Origin: an uncultured Planctomycetia bacterium
GTDB lineage: Bacteria; Omnitrophota; Gorgyraeia; Tantalellales; Tantalellaceae
DNA: 64,000 nucleotides
Direction: 5' to 3'
NCBI GenBank assembly: GCA_964409365.1
Contig: CAYPCX010000003.1
Location: forward strand, 20,577-84,576
Below the pieces are notes generated by a model that saw only the letters and a program-made list of their open reading frames with translations, was not told the DNA's origin and did no database searches. Shown here piece after piece: positions 8,914 to 19,641 of the stretch. A program made the position numbers and the translations under genes. Numbering within the stretch: the stretch's first letter is position 1; every line of letters starts with the position of its first letter.

Positions 8914-11900
8914 ATGCCAAGAAGGAACGATATCCACAAAGTCCTTATCATTGGTTCCGGTCCGATCATAATCGGTCAGGCCTGTGAATTCGATTATTCA
9001 GGCACCCAGGCCTGTAAAGCCCTGAGGGAAGAGGGTTACGAGGTCGTCCTGGTCAATTCAAACCCCGCTACCATAATGACCGACCCGGGGATGGCCGATA
9101 AGACGTATATAGAGCCCCTTACGGTCGATAGCATCGAGAAGATCATCGAGATAGAGAAGCCGGACGGGCTTCTTCCTAACCTTGGCGGGCAGACGGGACT
9201 CAATCTTTCGTCCGCGCTTTACAAGGCGGGTATCCTTGAAAAACACGGCGTGGAGGTCATTGGCGTTAAAACCGATGCCATCGAACGCGGTGAGGACCGC
9301 ATCGCTTTCAAAGAGACGATGAACAAGCTCGGTATACCTATACCGCGTTCGAAACCTTCGTTCTCGGTCGAAGAAGCCGAGAAAATAGCCGAAGAGCTCG
9401 GCTATCCGGTAGTGCTTCGTCCCGCGTATACCCTCGGCGGCACGGGCGGCGGGTTAGTATATAACGTGGAAGAGCTCAGGACCGTTGCGGCGCGCGGCCT
9501 GGCGGCAAGCCTCGTAGGACAGGTGCTTGTCGAAGAATCAGTGCTCGGCTGGGAGGAGCTCGAACTCGAGGTCGTACGGGATGAAAAGGACCAGAAGATA
9601 ACGGTGTGTTTCATAGAGAACATAGACGCCATGGGTGTGCATACGGGCGACAGTTTTTGCTCCGCGCCCATGCTCACTGTTCCCGAACCACTCCAGAAAA
9701 AGATGCAGGACCTTTCCTACAAAATAGTGGACGCGATAGGAGTTGTCGGTGGTACGAATATCCAGTTCGCTCATAACCTTGAGGATGACCGCCTGGTCGT
9801 TATCGAGATAAACCCGCGTACGTCCCGCTCGTCAGCGCTCGCTTCAAAAGCGACCGGCTTTCCGATCGCCCGCATATCGACGAAGCTGGCGGCGGGCCTC
9901 AACATGGACGAGATCCCGTACTGGAAAGAAGGCACTCTCGAGAAATACGAGCCGAGCGGCGACTACGTGGTCATCAAGTTCGCCCGCTGGGCGTTCGAGA
10001 AGTTCCCGCAGGCGAAGGACGTCCTGGGAACACAAATGAGAGCGGTAGGCGAGGTAATGAGCATAGGAAAGACCTACAAAGAGGCCTTCCAGAAAGCCAT
10101 CCGTTCGCTCGAGATCAAGAGGTACGGCCTTGGCGTGGAAAAATTCAAGGCGCTTTCGCTCGAGCGGCTCAAAGAGCGGCTCGCGACCCCCTCGAGCGAA
10201 CGCATATTCCTCATGTACGAGGCACTCCGCAAGGGAATGTCGGTCGAAGAACTCTACAAACTTACGCATATCGGCAGGTTTTTCATCCAGGAGATGAAGG
10301 ATCTGGTCGAATATGAGGAGGAAATGCTGACCCGTTCCTGGAAAGAACTTCCCGATGACATGCTGGCAAAGGCGAAGGAATGGGGATTCTCAGACCGTTA
10401 CCTGGCAGGCCTTTTCAACGTTAAAGAGGCCGAGGTCAGGAAAAGAAGGATAACAATAGGTAAGAAGGGCCGTTTTGACATCGTCCCGGTGAGTGGTGTC
10501 GACAACGCGGCCTACTACTACTCCACATATATAGGAGAGGACAGGGTACCCGTATCGTCCAACAAGAAGATCATGATACTGGGCGGCGGCCCCAACAGGA
10601 TCGGGCAGGGGATCGAGTTCGATTACACCTGCGTGCATGCCGCTTTCACGCTGCGTGACGCCGGGTACGAGTCGATAATGGTCAACTGTAACCCCGAGAC
10701 CGTCTCGACCGACTATGACACTTCGAACAAGCTCTATTTCGAGCCCCTGACGGTCGAGGACGTACTGACCATCTATGAGAAAGAGAAACCCGAAGGCGTC
10801 ATTGTGCAGTTCGGCGGACAGACACCACTCAACATCGCCCAGGAGCTGAAAGACAACGGCGTGAAGATACTCGGGACCACACCCGAGAGCATCGCCTTGG
10901 CGGAGGACAGGGAGCACTTCAGGAAGAAGATGATAGCCCTGAAGATACCCCAGCCGGAAAGCGGCACTGCCCGTTCACTGGACGAGGCCATAAAAGTTGC
11001 CGACAAGATCGGCTACCCTCTGATGGTGCGTCCTTCTTTCGTTCTCGGAGGGCGCGGCATGGAGGTCATCTATGACGAGATAATGCTCCGTAAGTACGCT
11101 GAAGAGGCCATACAGGTAAGCCCCGAGCACCCGATGCTCATCGACCGCTTCCTGGAGAATGCTGTTGAGGTAGAGGTCGACGCGCTTTCGGACGGCAAGG
11201 AAACGTTCATAGCCGGCGTGATGGAACATATCGAGCAGGCGGGTGTGCATTCCGGCGATTCGGCCTGCGCTATCCCCGCGAGGACCATAAAACAGGAACA
11301 CCTGGATATGATCGAAAAATATACCGCCGCCATAGCAAAAGAACTTAAGGTGGTCGGTGTGATGAATATCCAGTATGCCATTTGCGACGACGAGGTGTAC
11401 ATACTTGAAGCGAACCCGCGCGCATCGCGTACCGTTCCCTTGGTCTCCAAGGTCACTCAGGTGGCTATGGCCCGGATAGCTACCGAGCTCATGCTGGGCA
11501 AGAACCTGAAGGACTTCAACCTGAAGAAAGCCAACGTCCCGTACGTCGGCGTCAAGGAAGCGGTCTTTCCGTTCAACATGTTCCCAGAAGTTGATCCCTT
11601 GTTAGGGCCCGAAATGAGGGCGACGGGCGAGGTCATGGGCCTTGCGGATAATTTCGGTACGTCCTTTTTCAAGGCGCAGGAAGCGACCGGGTCCAAATTG
11701 CCGGTAAAGGGAAATATTCTCCTCACGGTGACGGACAAAGATAAAGAGAAACTTGTGCCGCTCGCCAAGAAGATCAGCGAGCTCGGGTTCAATATCCTGG
11801 CTACCGAGGGAACAAGCCGTTTTCTGACGGAGAACGGCATATCGAATACCCAGGTCAACAAGCTCCATGAAGGCAGGCCTAATATCGCGGATTCGATAAA

Positions 11901-12129
11901 AAACAAAGAGGTGCAGCTCATCATAAACACCCCCGTCGGGCGCAGCAGCAAGTTCGATGACAGCTACATCAGGATGATGGCCGTTCAGTACAAGCTGCCG
12001 TACATTACTTCCATGGCTGCCGCCGAAGCCAGCGTAGAGGGTATCGCGATGGTGCAGCAAAACGCCATAGGCCCCAAGGCGCTCCAGGATTATTACAAGG
12101 AGCTGGGCTCCGTGCAGCAGGCCGTGTGA
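8914..12129 (+). CDS. carB: Carbamoyl-phosphate synthase large subunit (paralog 1, 1071 aa)
   Basis: Canonical N-terminus [58 protein letters not shown]; two ATP-grasp halves (second begins [26 protein letters not shown]), MGS-like C-terminal domain. Confidence 0.95.
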   Translation: MPRRNDIHKVLIIGSGPIIIGQACEFDYSGTQACKALREEGYEVVLVNSNPATIMTDPGMADKTYIEPLTVDSIEKIIEIEKPDGLLPNLGGQTGLNLSSALYKAGILEKHGVEVIGVKTDAIERGEDRIAFKETMNKLGIPIPRSKPSFSVEEAEKIAEELGYPVVLRPAYTLGGTGGGLVYNVEELRTVAARGLAASLVGQVLVEESVLGWEELELEVVRDEKDQKITVCFIENIDAMGVHTGDSFCSAPMLTVPEPLQKKMQDLSYKIVDAIGVVGGTNIQFAHNLEDDRLVVIEINPRTSRSSALASKATGFPIARISTKLAAGLNMDEIPYWKEGTLEKYEPSGDYVVIKFARWAFEKFPQAKDVLGTQMRAVGEVMSIGKTYKEAFQKAIRSLEIKRYGLGVEKFKALSLERLKERLATPSSERIFLMYEALRKGMSVEELYKLTHIGRFFIQEMKDLVEYEEEMLTRSWKELPDDMLAKAKEWGFSDRYLAGLFNVKEAEVRKRRITIGKKGRFDIVPVSGVDNAAYYYSTYIGEDRVPVSSNKKIMILGGGPNRIGQGIEFDYTCVHAAFTLRDAGYESIMVNCNPETVSTDYDTSNKLYFEPLTVEDVLTIYEKEKPEGVIVQFGGQTPLNIAQELKDNGVKILGTTPESIALAEDREHFRKKMIALKIPQPESGTARSLDEAIKVADKIGYPLMVRPSFVLGGRGMEVIYDEIMLRKYAEEAIQVSPEHPMLIDRFLENAVEVEVDALSDGKETFIAGVMEHIEQAGVHSGDSACAIPARTIKQEHLDMIEKYTAAIAKELKVVGVMNIQYAICDDEVYILEANPRASRTVPLVSKVTQVAMARIATELMLGKNLKDFNLKKANVPYVGVKEAVFPFNMFPEVDPLLGPEMRATGEVMGLADNFGTSFFKAQEATGSKLPVKGNILLTVTDKDKEKLVPLAKKISELGFNILATEGTSRFLTENGISNTQVNKLHEGRPNIADSIKNKEVQLIINTPVGRSSKFDDSYIRMMAVQYKLPYITSMAAAEASVEGIAMVQQNAIGPKALQDYYKELGSVQQAV

Positions 12130-12150
12130 CCCGAGCCGCATATCACCGAT

Positions 12151-12191
12151 AAAAAATACACCCGATGTGTAATACATCGGGTGTATTTTTA
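12151..12191 (+). terminator. Rho-independent terminator after carB paralog 1 (REP-like element copy 2)
   Basis: AAAAAAT-ACACCCGATGT-gtaat-ACATCGGGTGT-ATTTTTAT: 11-bp perfect stem, 5-nt loop, U-tract; A-tract upstream suggests bidirectional function. Confidence 0.75.
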
Positions 12192-12194
12192 TGG

Positions 12195-12222
12195 TTGCAA
12201 TATATTATCTAATGTATATAAT
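12195..12222 (+). promoter_or_regulatory. Putative sigma70 promoter for carA-carB2 operon (TTGCAA-16 nt-TATAAT) followed by ~125-nt leader
   Basis: TTGCAA 12195-12200, TATAAT 12217-12222; immediately downstream of the terminator hairpin. Confidence 0.5.
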
Positions 12223-12349
12223 ATGTTCTGATGCATCCAGCCCGACGTCGCGCTGAAAGGGACAAGGTTGTCCGGAAGTACGGAGGGATTGTCTTTAAGG
12301 TCCCCTGAGCGAATCCCGGTAAACCTGTAACCAAGAGGGCTTTTTTAGA

Positions 12350-13432
12350 GTGAAAGCGTTCGTTGTTTTTGAAGATGGCAAGATTTTTGAAGGACGGACT
12401 TTCGGCGCGGTAAAAGAGACCACCCTGGGCGAGATCGTCTTCAACACCAGCATTTCCGGATACCAGGAGATCATCACCGACCCCTCCTACAAAGGCCAGA
12501 TCGTCACCATGACCTATCCCCTGATAGGGAATTACGGTACGAATGAAGAGGACGTCGAGTCCTCGAAGCCGCAGGTAGAGGGTTTCATAGTAAAAGAGCT
12601 TTGCAGGTACCCCAGCAATTTCAGGTCCACAAAAACCCTCGATGAATACCTCAAAGATAACGGCATAATGGCCATCGAAGGAGTTGACACCAGGGCCATA
12701 ACCCGCCACGTCAGGATACAGGGCGCGATGAAAGGCGCCATCACCACACAGGCCGATCGCCTGGACGAGATCGTTAAGAAAGTGCAGGCATCACCGGGTC
12801 TTGTGGGCGCGGACATGGTGAAAAAGGTCGCTCCCGAAAAAGAGCTCTCCTGGAGTGAAAAAGGCGGTATAAAAATAGCCGTTCTCGACTGCGGGGTGAA
12901 GTACAGCATACTGGGACGTCTTGAAAAAAGAGGATGCGCAGTGGTCCGTTACCCCGCGAATGCGGATGCCGATACTATACTCGCCGCGAAACCAGACGGC
13001 ATACTCCTCTCGAACGGACCCGGTGACCCTGAAGGCGCTCCGTACGTGTTTAAAACAGTAGAAAAACTCCTCGGGAAGAAGCCCATATTTGGTATATGCC
13101 TCGGCCACCAGATGCTCGGCCTGGCGCTGGGAGGGAAAACGTACAAATTGAAATTCGGACACCACGGGGGTAACCACCCGGTCAAGGACATGCGCACCGG
13201 GAAGGTCAGCATCACGGCGCAGAACCATTGTTTCTGCGTGGATTACGATTCGGTCAAGTCGAAGGGCGTCGAAGTGACGCACATGAACCTCAACGATGAT
13301 ACGGTAGAGGGCATGGAGAGCGAGAAGCTGAAGTTCTTCAGCGTCCAGTTCCATCCCGAGGCCGGCCCGGGGCCGAACGATGCGACCTACCTGTTCGACA
13401 GGTTTCTGGAAAACGTGAAAAAAGAGACGTAA
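12350..13432 (+). CDS. carA: Carbamoyl-phosphate synthase small (glutaminase) subunit
   Basis: GTG start with AAGAGGG RBS; MKAFVVFEDGKIFEGRTFGA...; class-I GATase motifs GICLGHQ and HPE (catalytic Cys/His). Confidence 0.93.
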   Translation: MKAFVVFEDGKIFEGRTFGAVKETTLGEIVFNTSISGYQEIITDPSYKGQIVTMTYPLIGNYGTNEEDVESSKPQVEGFIVKELCRYPSNFRSTKTLDEYLKDNGIMAIEGVDTRAITRHVRIQGAMKGAITTQADRLDEIVKKVQASPGLVGADMVKKVAPEKELSWSEKGGIKIAVLDCGVKYSILGRLEKRGCAVVRYPANADADTILAAKPDGILLSNGPGDPEGAPYVFKTVEKLLGKKPIFGICLGHQMLGLALGGKTYKLKFGHHGGNHPVKDMRTGKVSITAQNHCFCVDYDSVKSKGVEVTHMNLNDDTVEGMESEKLKFFSVQFHPEAGPGPNDATYLFDRFLENVKKET

Positions 13433-13435
13433 AAG

Positions 13436-16400
13436 ATGCCGAAAAGAGAAGACATAAAAAGTATACTGGTGATCGGTTCAGGCCCTATAGTGATAAGCCA
13501 GGCCTGCGAGTTCGATTATTCCGGGACCCAGGCGTGTAAGGCCCTAAGGCAGGAAGGGTTCAGGGTCATCCTTGTGAACTCCAACCCCGCGACGATCATG
13601 ACCGACCCCGAGACGGCCGACCGCACGTACGTGGAGCCGATAACCCCGGAGGTGGTCGCGAAGATAATAGAAAAAGAGAGACCGGACGTTCTGCTCCCGA
13701 CCCTCGGCGGCCAGACGGGTCTCAATACGGCCATGAAACTGTACGAGATGGGGGTGCTCGAGAAATTCAACGTCAAGATGATCGGTGCCGATTATAACAC
13801 CATAAAAAAGGCCGAGGACAGGGATGATTTCAAAAAGGCCATGGAGAGCATCGGCCTTGACCTCCCGGAAAGCGGACTGGCCTACACGCTGGAAGAGGCG
13901 ATAGAGGTCGCCGAACGCATAGGTTTCCCGCTGATCATACGGCCGAGTTTCACCCTCGGCGGGACGGGCGGCGGCGTGGTCCGTAACATGGACGAATTCA
14001 AATACCAGGCTTCTCTCGGGCTCCAGAACAGCATGATAAGCGAGATATTGATCGAAGAATCCATAATCGGCTGGAAAGAGTACGAGCTCGAGGTCATGCG
14101 GGACAAAAAAGACAATGTCGTCATAGTCTGTTCGATCGAGAACCTGGATCCCATGGGCGTCCATACCGGCGACAGTATAACGGTGGCTCCGCAGCAGACG
14201 CTTACGGACAAGGAATACCAGGCTATGAGGGATGCCGCTATAGCCATAATCAGGGAAATAGGCGTGGAGACCGGCGGGTCGAACATCCAGTTCGCCGTGA
14301 ACCCCGCCGACGGCAGGATGGTCGTCATCGAGATGAACCCCCGGGTCTCGCGCAGCTCGGCGCTGGCGAGTAAAGCAACGGGGTTCCCGATAGCCAAGTT
14401 CGCGGCAAAGTTAGCCGTGGGGTATACGCTCGACGAGATCCCCAACGACATAACAAAGGAAACACCGGCTTCGTTCGAGCCAACGATAGACTACTGCGTC
14501 GTAAAAATCCCCCGTTTTACTTTCGAAAAGTTCCCGCAGGCGGACCCGACACTGGGCATTTCGATGAAATCCGTAGGGGAGACGATGGCCATCGGGCGGA
14601 CGTTCAAGGAAGCGCTCCAGAAAGGCCTGCGGGGTCTCGAGACCGGGAGAGCCGGTCTGGATACCCTTAAAAAATCCTCTTCGCTGGGGGACAGCGCTCT
14701 CGAGGAAATGCTCAAGCGCCCGAACGCCGAGAGGATCTTCCATGTGAAGGAAGCCCTTCGCCGCGGGTACGAAATACAAAAGATCTATGAACTTTCCGGG
14801 ATAGATCCCTGGTTCCTCGACAATGTGAAAGACATGGTCGAATATGAAACGGAACTCCGGAAAGAACTCGGCGGTAAAAGCCTTATAGAATCGGTCAAGA
14901 ACGCCTATCTCATCGACATGGTCAGGAAAGCCAAAAAATGGGGGTTCAGCGACAAGCAGCTTGCCGACATGATGGGCTATGCCGAAACGGAATTCCGGAC
15001 CTTTCGGAAAACGGCAGGCATAATACCGACCTATAAGCTTGTCGATACCTGCGCCGCGGAGTTCGAAGCTTACACGCCGTATTACTATTCGACCTACGAG
15101 GACGAGTGTGAGGTGGTGAGGTCCGACAAAAAGAAAATAATGATCCTCGGGGGAGGGCCAAACAGGATAGGGCAGGGTATAGAATTCGATTACTGCTGTT
15201 GTCACGCGTCATTCGCCCTCAAAGAACTCGGGTTCGAGACCATAATGGTGAATTCCAACCCCGAGACCGTCTCCACGGACTATGACACCTCGGATAAACT
15301 TTATTTCGAACCGCTGACGTTCGAGGACGTGATGAACATCGTGGAAAAGGAAGGGCCGGACGGGGTGATAGTCCAGTTCGGCGGCCAGACACCCCTGAAT
15401 CTCGCTAAAAGGCTCAAGGATGCCGGCGTGCCGATAATCGGCACCTCAGTCGAGTCCATTGCACTGGCCGAAGACCGCGAACAGTTCAAGCAGCTCCTGC
15501 ACTCGCTCGGCTTGAAACAACCGGCCAACGATACCGCAAATTCCGCGGAAGAAGCGCTCCGTAAAGCGGAAACGATAGGGTACCCTGTAGTGGTCCGGCC
15601 GTCTTACGTTCTTGGCGGACGCGCGATGCGGATAGTGTACGACCGCAGCGCCATAGAAGAATTCATGAGAGAGGCCGTGGATGTCTCCCCCGGCCACCCG
15701 GTGCTTCTCGATAAGTTCCTCCAGAACGCGATCGAGGTCGACGTCGACGCGCTCGCGGACGGCGACGAGGTCGTGATCGCCGGTATAATGGAACACATCG
15801 AGGAAGCCGGTATCCATTCGGGGGACTCGGCCTGCGCCCTGCCGCCATATACAATGGCCGACGCAACGATAGACAAGATCAGGAGCCAGACCGAACGTTT
15901 GGCAAAAGCCCTTGATATAAAAGGACTTATGAATATACAGTTCGCCGTCAAGGGCGGTGATGTCTATATACTCGAGGTTAATCCCAGAGCTTCAAGAACG
16001 GTCCCGTTCGTTTCAAAGGCGACGGGGCTTCCCATGGCGAAGGTGGCCTCAAAGATCATGGCCGGCGTAAAACTAAAAGATATGGGAATAAAGGACCCGA
16101 TGGCGTCATTGGATTACACAAGCGTGAAAGAATCCGTTCTGCCGTTCTCGCGTTTTTCCGGCGTTGATATCATACTCGGCCCCGAGATGATGTCCACCGG
16201 CGAGGTAATGGGAATGTCCGATAATTTCGGCAACGCGTTCGCGAAAGCGCAGTCAGGCGCGGGGCAGATGCTGCCGCGGGAAGGAAAGGTGTTCATCTCG
16301 GTACAGGACAGCGACAAGCGCAATATAGTGTTTCTGGCAAAAAAACTTTTCGACATGGGGTTCAAGCTGATCGCTACGGAGGGCACCGCGAAGATCCTGA

Positions 16401-16678
16401 AGAACAACAACATGGATGTCGAGGTGACCAGAAAGATGCACGAGGGCAGCCCGAACGTCATGGACATGGTCAGAAAGGGCGAAGTGGACCTAATAATAAA
16501 TACGCCGTCGGGTAAGGAGCCGCGGAGTGACGGTGCCCTCATACGGAGCGCCGCCGTCATGCGCGGGATACCGTGCATAACGACGATCGCCGGGGCGCAG
16601 GCTTCGGTCAACGGGATCGAGTCCATGAAGAAGATGGATGTCACGGTCCGGTCATTGCAGGAATACTATGGTATGTGA
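13436..16678 (+). CDS. carB: Carbamoyl-phosphate synthase large subunit (paralog 2, 1080 aa), 4 nt after carA
   Basis: [58 protein letters not shown]; full two-ATP-grasp architecture; ~70% identical to paralog 1 by eye in N-terminal region. Confidence 0.95.
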   Translation: MPKREDIKSILVIGSGPIVISQACEFDYSGTQACKALRQEGFRVILVNSNPATIMTDPETADRTYVEPITPEVVAKIIEKERPDVLLPTLGGQTGLNTAMKLYEMGVLEKFNVKMIGADYNTIKKAEDRDDFKKAMESIGLDLPESGLAYTLEEAIEVAERIGFPLIIRPSFTLGGTGGGVVRNMDEFKYQASLGLQNSMISEILIEESIIGWKEYELEVMRDKKDNVVIVCSIENLDPMGVHTGDSITVAPQQTLTDKEYQAMRDAAIAIIREIGVETGGSNIQFAVNPADGRMVVIEMNPRVSRSSALASKATGFPIAKFAAKLAVGYTLDEIPNDITKETPASFEPTIDYCVVKIPRFTFEKFPQADPTLGISMKSVGETMAIGRTFKEALQKGLRGLETGRAGLDTLKKSSSLGDSALEEMLKRPNAERIFHVKEALRRGYEIQKIYELSGIDPWFLDNVKDMVEYETELRKELGGKSLIESVKNAYLIDMVRKAKKWGFSDKQLADMMGYAETEFRTFRKTAGIIPTYKLVDTCAAEFEAYTPYYYSTYEDECEVVRSDKKKIMILGGGPNRIGQGIEFDYCCCHASFALKELGFETIMVNSNPETVSTDYDTSDKLYFEPLTFEDVMNIVEKEGPDGVIVQFGGQTPLNLAKRLKDAGVPIIGTSVESIALAEDREQFKQLLHSLGLKQPANDTANSAEEALRKAETIGYPVVVRPSYVLGGRAMRIVYDRSAIEEFMREAVDVSPGHPVLLDKFLQNAIEVDVDALADGDEVVIAGIMEHIEEAGIHSGDSACALPPYTMADATIDKIRSQTERLAKALDIKGLMNIQFAVKGGDVYILEVNPRASRTVPFVSKATGLPMAKVASKIMAGVKLKDMGIKDPMASLDYTSVKESVLPFSRFSGVDIILGPEMMSTGEVMGMSDNFGNAFAKAQSGAGQMLPREGKVFISVQDSDKRNIVFLAKKLFDMGFKLIATEGTAKILKNNNMDVEVTRKMHEGSPNVMDMVRKGEVDLIINTPSGKEPRSDGALIRSAAVMRGIPCITTIAGAQASVNGIESMKKMDVTVRSLQEYYGM

Positions 16679-18065
16679 TCCCGTCGAAAAAAAAGAATAT
16701 TGCGGGGTTTTTGGTATATTCGACCATGAACTTGCCGCGGACCTTACCTACCTGGGCCTTTACGCCCTCCAGCACAGGGGCGAAGAATCATGCGGTATAG
16801 CCATCTCGAACGGAAGACGCATCCGCCAGGTGACGGGTATGGGACTTGTCTCGGACGTGTTCGACCTTAAGAAACTAAAGGACCTGAAGGGCAAAAGGGC
16901 CATCGGCCACGTGCGCTATTCAACTACCGGCTCCAGCATATTGAGGAACGCCCAGCCGTTCGTTATAAGCCATAACCGTTTTTCCGTTTCCATAGCGCAC
17001 AACGGCAACCTGACGAACGCGGTGAAACTCCGCCGCCGGATGGAGAACGACGGCGCGATATTCCAGACGACGATGGATTCGGAAGTGGTCCTGCACCTTC
17101 TGGTCAGGTCGGACAAGGAAAAAGTGGAAGACCGCCTTATAGACGCCCTCACCCAGTGTGACGGCGCTTATTCCATGCTTTTTCTCACGGAGAAGAAACT
17201 TATCGGGGTCAGGGACCCGTATGGTTTCAGGCCTCTGTGCCTGGGGGTAAAGGACGGTTCGTATGTGCTCGCCAGCGAGACATGCGCCCTGGACCTGATC
17301 GATGCCGAATTCCTGCGCGAGGTAGAACCCGGCGAGATGGTCGTTGTCTCCGAAGACGGCCTGGGATCGATAAGACCTTTTCCTGAAAAGCCGGCGTCGT
17401 CCTGCATTTTTGAGCACATCTATTTCGCCCGTCCCGACAGCCACATTTTCGGCGACAGCGTCTACCAGGTCCGTAAACGCCTGGGGATGAAGCTCGCCCA
17501 GGAAAGCCCCGTTGACGCCGATATCGTCATGTCCATACCGGATTCCGGCAATTATGCGGCCCTCGGGTACGCGGAGAAAAGCGGGATACCCTTCGATTTC
17601 GGCATCATAAGAAACCATTACATAGGAAGGACGTTCATCCAGCCGTCGCAGGAGATGAGGAAACACGGCGTCAAGATCAAGCTTAACCCCATGAAGGAGG
17701 TCCTGAAGGGGAAACGCGTGATCGTCGTCGAGGACTCGATCGTGAGGGGCACAACTACCGGGGGCAGGATAAAGGCCATACGGGAAGCCGGGGTCAAAGA
17801 GATACACATGCGGATCAGTTGCCCGCCTATCAGGTTCCCCTGCTTCTACGGCATCGATTTTCCGAGCAGGAAGGAACTTATCGCGAACGAGCTTTCGGTG
17901 GAAAAAATAGCGGAATTCATAGGTGTTGACACACTGAAATATCTAAGTCTGGAGGGGATGCTGGAGGCGGTCGGCGGCGGCAGCGGGTTCTGCCACGCGT
18001 GTTTCAGCGGCAAATATCCTACAAAAGTGGGCAAAAGCGCGGCAAAGACGCCGTTCGAAAAATAG
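16668..18065 (+). CDS. purF: Amidophosphoribosyltransferase (glutamine PRPP amidotransferase), Fe-S/propeptide (B. subtilis) type
   Basis: [11 protein letters not shown]|[10 protein letters not shown]...: 11-residue propeptide before catalytic Cys as in B. subtilis PurF; C-terminal Cys cluster ([10 protein letters not shown]). ATG at 16668 overlaps carB2 end by 11 nt; alternative in-frame ATG at 16638. Confidence 0.88.
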   Translation: MVCDPVEKKEYCGVFGIFDHELAADLTYLGLYALQHRGEESCGIAISNGRRIRQVTGMGLVSDVFDLKKLKDLKGKRAIGHVRYSTTGSSILRNAQPFVISHNRFSVSIAHNGNLTNAVKLRRRMENDGAIFQTTMDSEVVLHLLVRSDKEKVEDRLIDALTQCDGAYSMLFLTEKKLIGVRDPYGFRPLCLGVKDGSYVLASETCALDLIDAEFLREVEPGEMVVVSEDGLGSIRPFPEKPASSCIFEHIYFARPDSHIFGDSVYQVRKRLGMKLAQESPVDADIVMSIPDSGNYAALGYAEKSGIPFDFGIIRNHYIGRTFIQPSQEMRKHGVKIKLNPMKEVLKGKRVIVVEDSIVRGTTTGGRIKAIREAGVKEIHMRISCPPIRFPCFYGIDFPSRKELIANELSVEKIAEFIGVDTLKYLSLEGMLEAVGGGSGFCHACFSGKYPTKVGKSAAKTPFEK

Positions 18066-18117
18066 AAATACTGGCGCGTGGACAACGGTGTCCGCCGAAA
18101 ACACAAAGGAGTGTCAG

Positions 18118-19632
18118 GTGAAGCGTACGGGTTTTGACAATGACAAGTATCTCGACCAGCAATCATCCGCCATACTTGAGCGGGTAAAGCTGTTCGATAA
18201 CAAGCTGTATCTGGAGTTCGGCGGGAAGATCATCTTCGACTACCATGCCTCACGGGTGCTTCCCGGCTTCGATCCCAACGTTAAGATGCGCCTCCTTCAG
18301 AAGCTGAAGGACAAGGCTGATATAATCCTTTGCATATACGCGGGGGATATAGAAAGAAGGAAAGTGAGGGCGGATTTCGGGATCACGTACGACGTGGACG
18401 CCCTTAAACTGATCGATGATCTGCGCGACTGGGATATAGACGTGACCGCCGTGGTCATAACGCGTTTCAGCAACCAACCGGCCGCTAAGATCTTCAAGAA
18501 CAAGCTGGAGAGACGCGGGATAAAGGTGTATACGCACAGTTTTACGAAAGGGTACCCGACCGACATCGACACGATAGTGAGCGACGAGGGTTACGGCGCG
18601 AACCCGCATATCGAGACCAGCAAACCGCTCGTTATCGTCACGGGTCCCGGCCCCGGGAGCGGCAAGCTGGCAACGTGCCTTTCCCAGCTTTATCATGACC
18701 ACAAGAAAGGCATCAACGCGGGCTACGCGAAATTCGAGACGTTCCCGATATGGAACCTCCCGCTGAAACACCCGGTCAATGTCGCGTACGAAGCGGCGAC
18801 CGTGGACCTTAAGGATTTCAACATGGTGGATTCGTTCCATCTGGAGTCTAACGGCGAAATGGCGGTGAACTACAACCGCGACATGGAGATATTCCCGGTG
18901 CTCCGGAGGATACTGAAAAAGATCATCGGAGACGGATCGGCGTACCGGTCTCCCACGGAGATGGGGGTGAACAGGGCCGGGTTCGGTATAACCGACGACG
19001 CGGTAGTGCGGAAAGCCGCCAAGCAGGAAGTGATAAGGAGGTATTTCCGGGCTTCCTGTGAAAATGTCATGGGGCTTCTCGACAAGGACGCCGTCCAGAG
19101 GGCGGAACTCCTGATGAAGGAACTGGGAGTGAAGCCCGAGGACAGAAAGGTCGTGGAACCGGCCAGGGAAGCGGCCGAAGAGGCCAGAAAGGGCAACAAG
19201 GGCAACGAAGGCATATATTGCGGCGCGGCCATGGAGCTCCCGGACGGGACCGTGGTCATGGGAAAGAACTCCACGCTGATGCACGCGGCATCGAGCGTTG
19301 TCCTGAACGCTATCAAGAAACTGGCGGGTATTCCTGATAAGATCCACCTTCTTTCGCCGAAGACGCTCGAGTCGATAGGAAACCTTAAGAAAGATATGTT
19401 GAATTCCAGGAACGTGAGCCTTGATCTCGAGGAGACGCTCATAGCCCTCAGCATCAATGCCGCGACTAACCCCACGGCGCAGGAGGCTATGGAAAAACTT
19501 AAGGAATTGAAGAGCTGCGAGGTGCATATGACGCACATGCCCACTCCCGGGGACGAAGCGGGCCTGAGGAAGCTGGGCGTTAATCTTACCGCGGAATCGA
19601 ATTTTGCTACGCAGAACCTTTTCATAACCTGA
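18118..19632 (+). CDS. UPF0371/DUF1846-family protein (function unknown)
   Basis: GTG start 7 nt after AAGGAG; N-terminus (M)[11 protein letters not shown]...ILERV...[29 protein letters not shown] and internal [42 protein letters not shown] match my recollection of streptococcal/Bacillus UPF0371 proteins. ORF alternatively opens at ATG 18088. Confidence 0.7.
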   Translation: MKRTGFDNDKYLDQQSSAILERVKLFDNKLYLEFGGKIIFDYHASRVLPGFDPNVKMRLLQKLKDKADIILCIYAGDIERRKVRADFGITYDVDALKLIDDLRDWDIDVTAVVITRFSNQPAAKIFKNKLERRGIKVYTHSFTKGYPTDIDTIVSDEGYGANPHIETSKPLVIVTGPGPGSGKLATCLSQLYHDHKKGINAGYAKFETFPIWNLPLKHPVNVAYEAATVDLKDFNMVDSFHLESNGEMAVNYNRDMEIFPVLRRILKKIIGDGSAYRSPTEMGVNRAGFGITDDAVVRKAAKQEVIRRYFRASCENVMGLLDKDAVQRAELLMKELGVKPEDRKVVEPAREAAEEARKGNKGNEGIYCGAAMELPDGTVVMGKNSTLMHAASSVVLNAIKKLAGIPDKIHLLSPKTLESIGNLKKDMLNSRNVSLDLEETLIALSINAATNPTAQEAMEKLKELKSCEVHMTHMPTPGDEAGLRKLGVNLTAESNFATQNLFIT

Positions 19633-19641
19633 GGGAGAAAG

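Noticed and set aside
12333-12349. U-rich run GGGCTTTTTTAG just before carA, first read as an attenuator terminator
   Set aside because: No convincing upstream complementary stem. The purine-rich AAGAGGG serves as the RBS for the GTG start at 12350, so I do not call a terminator here.
10390-16644. Multiple 100-260-aa minus-strand ORFs within carB1, carA, carB2
   Set aside because: They are shadow ORFs opposite highly conserved CPSase coding sequence.
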